The notes under the pieces were generated by a model that did not search any database, was not told where the DNA came from, and saw only the letters and a program-made list of their open reading frames with translations. Made by a program: the position numbers and the translations under genes. DNA of 55,804 nt, counting the filler, from Sphacelaria rigidula (Eukaryota), in the NCBI GenBank assembly GCA_964200075.2. It is 6 parts of 6 records of this genome, joined end to end, with 100 filler letters (N's around TTAATTAATTAA, not from the genome) between each part and the next. Parts side by side here need not be neighbours in the genome. Positions count along the whole stretch, not along the records: positions 46,589 to 55,804 come from CAXNAA020009022.1; 5 more parts are not named here. The stretch is one strand, 5' to 3'. The stretch's first letter is position 1; each line of letters opens with the position of its first letter. Shown piece after piece: positions 46,950 through 55,804 of this stretch.

Positions 46950-49900
46950 TTGTCACTTTCTTCCGTACGGTCCTATCAACTGCTGCTGGTAATCTCTGCC
47001 TCTGCATGTTCTTTACGCGATATTGACATTTCAAATTTCTCACGTCGCTGTTTATTTCAAGTGGGTACGATCCCCACTCTACTCTCGATGCTGTCGTCTC
47101 GTCGTTTCCGAGCATACGAGTATTTTTCTAGCTGCTCCCACCTGTACTGTTTCCAGCTTCTTCACGAACTTTACGTTCCCCTTCAATACTTCTCGTGCGT
47201 ATTCCAGCGTCTTTGCCATCACATTCATCAAAATGCACCTGTTAATCCTAGTATCTAGGTGCGAATCCCGTAGAATCACGTCCGTCTTGCCTATCTGCGA
47301 CTTACTCTTTTCAATTATTTTGTTGATGTGTGCATCCCAGGGACAGGTTTTAGATATCTCTACGCCAAGGTACGTATACTGCTTTACGATTGGCAGCTCA
47401 TGTTCTACCCATTTCCATTTGAAGTCTACCGGGTTTTCTTTATTTTCGTCACATACAAGTACCGCGCATTGGTGTACATTCGCCGTCACTCTGTATTTCC
47501 TAGTGTATTGTAGCGTCTTCTCTATTTGCTTCTGCAATCCTTCAGGGGTTTCTGATATCCCCACGAAATTATCCGCGAACATCAATCCCATATATCCTAC
47601 CATGTTTTTGTGAAATCGAGGGTAGAGCGTTGACTGGGAGTGCGTTTGATCATTCGCTTTGATGACCAATTTTCAATTCTGTGTGTGCGTTTCTTTTCCC
47701 TGTAACACTGGCGTGTGTTTACAGCTACACGTCGATATCCTACTCGGGGATATCGAGGGCTTCAATGGCAAGCTACTTCAGAAATCTTATCGGGCCTCGT
47801 GGAGGGGCATTTCGGAACTTGAACCATTCATTCATTAATTGACCGCTTCTCGCTCTCCATCGCATCCTCTATTCTCCATCTCACAAAAACATTGTTATCC
47901 GTATCTTCTCCCACCTTGACTCCTTGCTTTGCTGATTCTATTGCTATTATTATGTCATTGATATATATATATATATGTATCTTAAATGAAGTGGGTCATC
48001 GCGTGCGTCGTTGTGCAACTTCGTATGAAATATCACATATTTCGATGTGTCCCCGTCGAGCATCATATAGCACTTTTGGCGTATTCTGTCGTCTTCACCA
48101 TTATCCATATCTTGCCTCTGATCCCAGATTCCCCCGAAATTTTCCACAGCACATTTCTCTACACTGCGTCATAGGCCTGCTGTACGTCCAAAAAGAAATA
48201 GAATATTGTTGGCCCGCCGTCTTTCCTACCTCGAACAATCTTTCCTAATATGTACATATTGTCTACGCAACTGCGATTTGGTCTTAAATCTGCTTGCCCC
48301 TCGCTAATGTTTTGTCTTTCTCTAGCACCGTTTCCACTCTATCATTTCAGAATCTTACAGAATGTTTTCCCTACGGTGTTCTGTAGCATTGTCCCTCAAT
48401 AACTCCCTGGGTCAGCCTTGGCCCCTTTCTTGAAAAGGTTTACTACTACGCCTTATTTTCACTTTTTGGGTGTGCACTCGCTTTCCCGCGTCCAATTGTA
48501 CAGCATAACAATCATGCTAACCATTCCCTCTCCCCCGTACGTTGGAAAGTAATTCACTGTTTTGTCTTCCCCCGCTGCATTTCTGTTCTTGAGTTTAGCT
48601 ACGCACTCTTTTACTTCATCTCTGGTGAACTCTCTCTGCCAACGTTTCGAGCTAATATCCCCCCGCGTTGATGCCTCTACATTTGCCTCTGCCCAAGCGT
48701 TGATTTCTTCCTCGAATTTCGTGTCGAACCTCTTGTTAGGTTTTGGTGTTCCTAGCTCACGGTATTGCTCTACTAGTACTTATCTCTTCCCCTTCGGACT
48801 ACTGATCATTTTATCGGTCTGTGCTCGTAGTGTGGCTATCCCCTTGTCCATCTTTCCTGCCTGGTTTCCCATTGTCCCCTCTTTCCCTACCCATATTTGC
48901 TTTATCCCGCATAGGAGTCTTCATTTGTTTCACCCACTTCATCTTGCCTTATTCCCTAGTTTCCCTTTCTACCATTTGGTTTTACTTCTTTCGAGCTGTA
49001 GCGTACTCCTCCCATCCAACCGTAGCTTTACTCGATGTATATCTTGTATGCGCCTCTCTTCTTATTCTTATGGCCTCTTTGACTTCCGTTGTATGCGATC
49101 AGTTTCTTCCCTGTGACCTAACTTGCTGTGGTCTTGACCAATTGCTCTCATCCTTCTTTAACCTTCGCTCCTACCCGATCCCTTTCCATTTCGGTATCAA
49201 CTGCACCTACTCTTTCCAACAACTTGGAAAATTTCGCCGCATTGTTCATCATCTCTTCCTGGAACGCTTGCTGCGTTTTTGGTATTTCTAGTTCATCTCC
49301 TCTACATTTGTACAACTTCTTACCCCACCTATTTCTTCTAGCTCTCGACTGTTGGCTGTTCATGTTAGGAGATGATCCGTAGTTCCCACGTCTTGTGAGC
49401 ATACATGTACTTCCATTTCATTATGATGCTCATACTGCACCACTATATAATCAAGAATGGAGCTTTCTGGCTTTCCCCCTTTGTATTTTCTAACTGTTGT
49501 TTATTGCTTTCGCTTTTGTGCTCTATCGTTCGGCGTCTTCATCTCGCTATTTTCAAGGAGCTTTGGCATCTCTACCCCGTTCGTGTTCTTCTCTTCCCCG
49601 CATTGCCCAATGATATCATCCGGTTGACTTGCTTTTTCCATCCCTTGCATTACATTATTTCGCTGACATTACTTTTCCTTACCTCATACTTCTGTGCATC
49701 TGCTGCTGTCTCTCCAAACGTCCTCTGAATATCGTTTACCGTACTCTTCGACTCTGAGAAAATTTAGATGCTCCCTACGAAAAAGCATTTCGTTCCCCGC
49801 TCTCCTGCTACGCTTATCCATATCGTCAAACTTTGTGTTATTTCATCACTTCTATAATGTGACACAGGTATTCCTTGACTAAGAATCGTACTCCCCCCGC

Positions 49901-50400
49901 TCCCCTGTTCTTGGGGTTTTGTCCCTCCGACTGTTTTGCTATCCATGCATACTCTTTAAATTTTCATCCTATTTCCGCCCCTTCTTTATCCATAACTCTT
50001 GGATCACCACTTTATCTAGGTCGCGCTCGGTTACATATTCCTCTATTTCTGTTTTTTTGTGCTCGTCTGCGGCAAAGCCGCGCACGTTCCACAATCTTAA
50101 TTTCAACTTCCTTCTCGAATCACGACTCACTTTCCTTTTGTATATTGTTTTCTCTCCGTCGTTTTTACTTCTATTTTCCCTTGCTTGATTTTTCTTCCAG
50201 TTTCCGGTTTGGCCTTCGTCCGTTTGCTTTGGGCCACTATTTACCCTCCCCGTTCCCTTCCGGGCACTTATCTGTTCCTGCTTCTCCTTTCCTCCGTTTA
50301 CCCGCCTACTACGTCTTAGATTTTCTGTTCCATCGGCTATGCATACTCTCCATCCCACCCTTCTAACCCATGCCGGCACCTTACTTGACTCTATCCTTTC
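46950..50400 (-). mobile_element. Near full-length degenerate LINE ORF2 (APE endonuclease plus RT), probably family A; may extend to ~50800
   Basis: APE motifs LWNVRG, VIQELW, ILDYIV, TDH; RT motifs FLDVQQAYDAV, GLMFADNFVG, YTYLGVEI; many stops and frameshifts. Confidence 0.9.
47599..47895. mobile_element. ~300-bp MITE inserted in the LINE RT
   Basis: Imperfect TIR ACCATGTTTTTGTGAAATCGAGGGTAGAG / CTCTATTCTCCATCTCACAAAAACATTGT; interrupts VKVGEDT|GLMFAD. Confidence 0.7.
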
Positions 50401-51408
50401 CTACGTGTTGCTCTCGCATTATACTATAGCGTGACTCGCAATTATTCCCCCCCTTCCACGTTTCCCATTGTCAAGCAGTTTAGTCCTATTTCATCGTATT
50501 TCCTTTCAAACTCTATGCTCGTCATATCGCCACTGACACCGAATGCCAGCACTACTAATATTTCACCTATCAACTCTTTACCCTCCACCCAACCTTCCTT
50601 ACCGTCTCACTCTCGATCTCTTTCGAGATTTTCTCCAGCTTGTTCGTTCCAAGTATTGTGGTGGGATGTTGTCAGCGTACTGAGATATCCCAACCCTAGT
50701 ATTTGTTGGGGGTCTGGTGTCTTCCGGTTTTTTTGCTGGCTCACCGACACCAAATCATGCCTGCAACACGGGCTCGTAGCCTGAAGCCAAGTGGAACACA
50801 TTTGACACAAGTTCTCCACGTTTGTGTTAGGCGATCTTCATGGTGAACAATCCAGGCGTCTCACGATCGTATCTTCCATCTGCTTGCCCCGCTGCTGTAC
50901 TGGTTACTTTCCCCCAGGGAAGTCATTTTCACCGTGTAAGGTTCAAGAATGGCTGGTATAACACAAGGTCTTACTTACATATCGGCATGTCCCGTACATC
51001 ATCACTTCCATCCCGTGTACGGTTCACCATGGGTCGCTACTCCACTAATGCTCCCGAGTAGACCTTCGCTGCAGAAAGCTTGGCCAACGATCCCCCCACA
51101 CTTTCTACCGGCTTCTATCCTTCAAGATCTCCAGAAGTCTACGTACCGCTCAGTGCTCCTTCTCGTAGGTCGTGTGGTCGGTCACCGGCAAGGTTCTTGC
51201 TTCATGACTGCAATAGGTGTTGGTGTCTATGCCAAGCATTATCCACCCCTTCCCTTCATTTGACGCTTGTGCACCTAATGTCGGGAATTTCAGGAAAATG
51301 TCTGACTACATTTTTACCGCTCATTGGAAACCGGTAAGTTTACGGGTATCTCACCACGAGACCGAACCTTCAATTGAATTCAACGTGTCGGGGTGGCCCT
51401 GTCCTATC

Positions 51409-52070
51409 TCATATGTTTATCCGGGCTGTGCTCCGGTAGGTCGAAGGAAAGGGATGGTGAGCTTTAGCTTCGTCATTGCATATCCATGTCCGGGCTGTGT
51501 GATGGCACGTTGAAGACAAGGGTGGTTTGCTTCGTTATTTCATGTCTTTGCCCGGGCTGTGTTATGGTAGGTTCAAGAAAAATCATGCTTTGCTTCGTCT
51601 CTTCATGTCTATGTTCGGGCTCTGCTATGGTACGTTGAAGAAAACGGGTGGTTTGCTTCGTCATTCCATATCTATGTCCGGGCTGTGCTGTGGTAGGTTG
51701 AAGAAAAAGGATGGTTCGCTTCGTTCTTTCATATCTACGTCCGGGCTGTGGTATAGCAGGTTAATGAAAAATATGATTCGTTCGTTATTTCATGTCTATG
51801 TCCGAGCTGTGTTATCGTAGGTTAAAAAGAAAAGATGGTTGGTCTCCTTATTCCATGTCTCTGTCCGGGCTGTGTTCTGGCAGGTTGAAGGAAAAGATGA
51901 TTATCTCCGCTACTTCATGTCTGTGTCCGGACTGCGTTCTGGTAGGTTGAAGAAAAATATTCTTAGCCCCGTTATTTCATGTCTATGCCCAGGTTTTGTT
52001 ATAATATATTGAAGAAGAGGATGACCACCTTTGTCATTCCATGTCTATGTCTGGGCTGTGTTCTGGTAGC
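51409..52070. repeat. ~62-bp tandem minisatellite, about 11 diverged copies
   Basis: Unit CATGTCTATGTCCGGGCTGTGTTCTGGTAGGTTGAAGAAAAAGATGGTTTGCTTCGTTATTT; partial copy near 52240-52280. Confidence 0.92.
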
Positions 52071-52899
52071 GGGAAACAAAACAAAAACAAATAGAAACAA
52101 AGCTATCGGGGAGAAAAAAGGAAAAGGAAAAGAAGCAGAAGAGGGGGGGAGAAAATAAGGAAAACGAAGTAGTAAAATTTGGATCTACTAGAAGAAAAGT
52201 ATACATAAAACTACAGATGAAACTAGAGAAAAGAAAACGGTGGGCTGTGTTATCTCATGTCTATACCCAGTTTGTGTTCTACTGTGGGGAAATGAAAAAA
52301 AAATCGGGTTGTTGCATATCTAGTGTGTCCGTTGGTCAGGGAAAGTCTTTTGTCTAGGGGCAGTCCCTGCTAAATGTACGGTGATAGTCAATACATTTTA
52401 TGTCGAGGTTCTGGTGCCTTTTTTTACAGTGCCGTTACCGCTCGACGCCAACCCAAGATTCTAGCGATGTGAACGGGTGACAGCCTCGAATGAGTTGCTT
52501 CATTTTCCGGTATCACCACTTCCGGAGACAGCCATGGGTTACAATGCTTCTGGGAGCGAGGGGGGGGGGGGCACATACACCCATATTTTCGAAACAGGGC
52601 AAAGTTTGCTTCATTCCTCAGGCCGCTGTGAAGAACGAAGAAACGATTTTCCACGCACATGCTATATGAATGGAACTTCAAGTGGTCAAATGTCTGGGTG
52701 GTGCCCCTTCGCTCGGCTGCACTTACTTTCTGGCGAGGCCGGCCACCATTTTTCCCCACGTTCTGAGAACATTTGAACATTTTCTCAGATAGTTGTGAGC
52801 AAAGGAACCAGCAGTGTCTCTCAAACACGTGTTTCGGAATAAAACCTGAGGTTTGTTTCCCCCCATTTGGGCAGTTTTTTCTCTCGGTTTCACCACCAC

Positions 52900-53650
52900 C
52901 AGCGTGGAAATTCTTGGCCGTCTGCTTCACCTTTGATCTGCCGCCTCGATGGGCAATGTGGTGTCTGGGGAGCTGGGCACCGGCCATACGCGCATGGACT
53001 CTGCCTTCGTCTCCTAAACAGGTAGGTCGAAGTCCCAATAGACCACCATTACAACCATCACCCTAGCCCGTCGGGTGACGTCGAGGCTATGTTGGCACCA
53101 TCCACGTACAGCATTCCTTATGCCGTGGACCGCACCAATTCCATTTGGGGCGTTTTTTTGAGGTCACCGTCCTCACTTTCTGAAGCACCATCTAGATGAA
53201 CCAACTGGAAGACGATGACCGATTCTGCCGCGAAACGCTGTACGATGGAATGGACCAGTGCTGTGCCGAGATAAGGACTTGCATCGTGGATGGAACCCAC
53301 CCTTAATTGAGTCCCGGCAGTACTGAAACCGCTGTCAGATAGTCGCCATCGTTCATCTGTATGTATCCGAGCTGGCACGCTAACGTGCAACATGAGGGTG
53401 GTTTTGACCACTGGCGCCGGCACTCCAAAACCGGCAAACTCTTACGCAGGAGTATGCGGTCTGCGGAGTCGCACACCTTCTTCGGGTCAATTAAGCACAT
53501 ATTTATTGGAATATTGCTCGCCAGTTCCACCTCAAGCCCGGCAATCGCCGCAGCCTAAAAATCATGTCGGTGGTCGATCGTTGGCTCCGGAATCCGCACC
53601 GCTTTTTCGGGGGAAACTCCGCCTCCTATCAGGAACTACTGAGCCTTTTG
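52900..53650 (-). mobile_element. Degenerate RTE-like LINE RT (may extend to ~54300)
   Basis: RCGFRSQRSTTDMI, NIPINMCLIDPKKVCDSADRILL, GMLYVDG (decayed YADD). Confidence 0.8.
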
Positions 53651-54624
53651 GCTGTGATTACGAGGAAGTCGTGCGCATTTACTTTGAAAGCACTCAGTGC
53701 GCACTCTCGCCGTTGCGGTTCAAGTGATTGTGATTTATCGGCAGCGGACCGTTTGTCACCGAGATATTCATATCGCTGAGCACAAATACGGGCAAATGAG
53801 CACAACTACAGCCTGTATAAATTTTGTGTGCAAGCGTCCGAATGGCTCAGTGACGAGCGATCCCCTGGCGATAAACACGCAACCACTCGAACGGTGACAT
53901 CGGGCGCTTCCACACAGTTCCTGGACGACTTTGGGAGGTCCGGCCGTTTGTTTCGGAGTAATTATGCACAAACGTTCGATTCATCGTCCTGTTTGCAAAC
54001 ACCATCTTCTCTGCAAGGATCTGCCGTACGTAGGTGCTTCCGACTCACCGGGTGCCTTGCGACGTTCGGTGGTGTGCTGAAGGCGCCTCCATAGTTCCCA
54101 CGCGTACCCGTCAGCAAGGTTCTGCGTGTGGACACAAAAGTTCACTCGATTCTTCCGATGCTTCGTGAAGGTGGTATCGCACAACCCATCTATCTCCCCG
54201 CGGAACACAATTGATCAAACCATCCTTAGTTTGATTCGCAGGTTTCAAATATCGTACGAATCGAAACGAGTTCTTGACTTACACCTAGAAGCCTATCGAG
54301 GGCACCCGGGTGTATGCACCAGGAACGTCTTGCAAGTGAACAGAGAAACCCACATCCTGCGTCGGTTTACATTACTGAACGCAATGAGGGGGGATATATT
54401 TCCAGGTAAAAATACACTGAAGTTATCGCTTTCGTCATTCATACTAATACTGATCAAAACCTTCTGATGCACAAGGGCTCAAGGAAGTTTACCCATCGCG
54501 ACGATCACACATTAGTGTAAACACACAAGACGACACAGGCGTTCTAGGATCAACATCATTGAGCGCGAACTGATTTTTTCTGCTCGAAACATCCATAACG
54601 CTTGAGCTACCGCCGACCCTCTTA

Positions 54625-54626
<2 letters not shown>

Positions 54627-54668
<42 letters not shown>
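54627..54668. repeat. (GT)n microsatellite
   Basis: Directly visible. Confidence 0.95.
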
Positions 54669-54672
<4 letters not shown>

Positions 54673-55804
54673 TCAGTATGTCTTCGATGTGATGGCCAGC
54701 GCGCATGCGAACATGTGACGGCACAAAAAGAGACCGCACCTAGTGCTCTTTGGTGGATGTTCATAGGAGCCACATTTTCCTATTCGAAAACGCTATGCAC
54801 CCCCTTAACGTGAGGGTGAGACGCCTACATGGGTTGTCTAGTTTTGATGATTTTCGCGTAGCTATGCGTAAGTGATTGTGTGCTACCACGATGGTATGGT
54901 ACAGGTATATCCCAAATGCTCTTATCAACAGCCGCGGTTGAACACAATTTCTGCTCCTACTCTACTCGAACATTAACACTCGGTCCGATTACGCATGCCA
55001 CTATGTTAGCACACAAGATGGGTGATCGATTTCGAAGGATGAATGTCGTGAGAAACGCATTTTTCGATTCGAGCCTCGTCCATCATCTGAGTGCCTTGGC
55101 CATGCCAGCAAGGGCGGTGCTGCGGCAATAACAGATAGATCCAATTTGAACATAGGGGGTGTTATTCATCGTTGATTTTACCCGACCTCTCCCAACGGGG
55201 TGGCCGAGCAGAAGGGCGTGCCACACGCCAGTTGAGGGGGGTGTATGAGAAATCAAACACTTATAGAGGCCTTTTTGACATGCGGAGTGAAAAAAGATAC
55301 CTATGATGGTGACGTAACTGTTGCTAGCGTGGCGCATAGGCAATGTGCAGCACGCTGGTCACGTGAACGGCTCGGTACAGTACGAGTAGTAGCTTCCCAT
55401 AAGTAATAAGTATTCCGATGTCAGGAGGACGTGGTCACGCTAACCAACTGCATCGAAGTCGCAAGACCCGTGAAAACTAGAAAGTTTGGTTTTTATTATC
55501 TATATCCACAAAATTGAGACGGTTCTGAAAACCTGAGGGAGGACGGCTTCCCTATCCCCCAGCCAGGCATCGATGAACAAGGAAAGACTTTTACAGGCGG
55601 ATACAACACATAGGGGACCTGGAGAACTTTATTTCCATCAAAATATGTGTATTCCAAGCTGCAAAGCGTTCCATGCGTATTGGTTTCTAATACGAACGGT
55701 AACTTGTCGATTTCTATTTCGTTGCTCGAGCACTGTCCGATGCCAATCCCGGAAAAGTTTCGTATTGCTGTTCGATAGTTTCTTCGGATGTTTGACTGGA
55801 CCCG

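Noticed and set aside
46950..50784. Long plus-strand Leu/Phe/Ser-rich ORFs
   Set aside because: Antisense shadows of the purine-rich LINE ORF2 on the minus strand; the same applies to 21633-22672.
51409..52070. CRISPR-like array (repeat ending GTTGAAG with variable intervals)
   Set aside because: The intervals are homologous to one another, the repeats are diverged, no cas genes are present and the context is eukaryotic; this is a minisatellite.

Overview
Repeat-rich eukaryotic DNA, most likely from a brown alga (inferred from the transposon repertoire, the TTAGGG-type repeats and the intron style). It is not one locus. Five artificial 100-bp spacers (44 N + TTAATTAATTAA + 44 N) join six unrelated contigs sorted by length (9218, 9218, 9218, 9217, 9217, 9216 bp). 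Most of the sequence is decayed mobile DNA: APE-RT LINEs, RTE-like LINEs, Ty1/Copia and Ty3/Gypsy relics, tRNA-derived SINEs, MITEs/foldbacks and satellites. Most ORF-track calls are spurious. Three spliced host-gene fragments can be rebuilt by hand on the minus strand: (i) the last exon of a TMEM189/PEDS1/CarF/FAD4-family desaturase, (ii) the 3' exons of a WS/DGAT acyltransferase, and (iii) four phase-compatible exons of a large, low-complexity protein I do not recognise. The most unusual pattern is a LINE and a non-autonomous partner that share a ~55-nt 3' tail ending in poly-C rather than poly-A. Both repeatedly sit in G-runs, in four cases within the G-run of one MITE family's terminal repeat.
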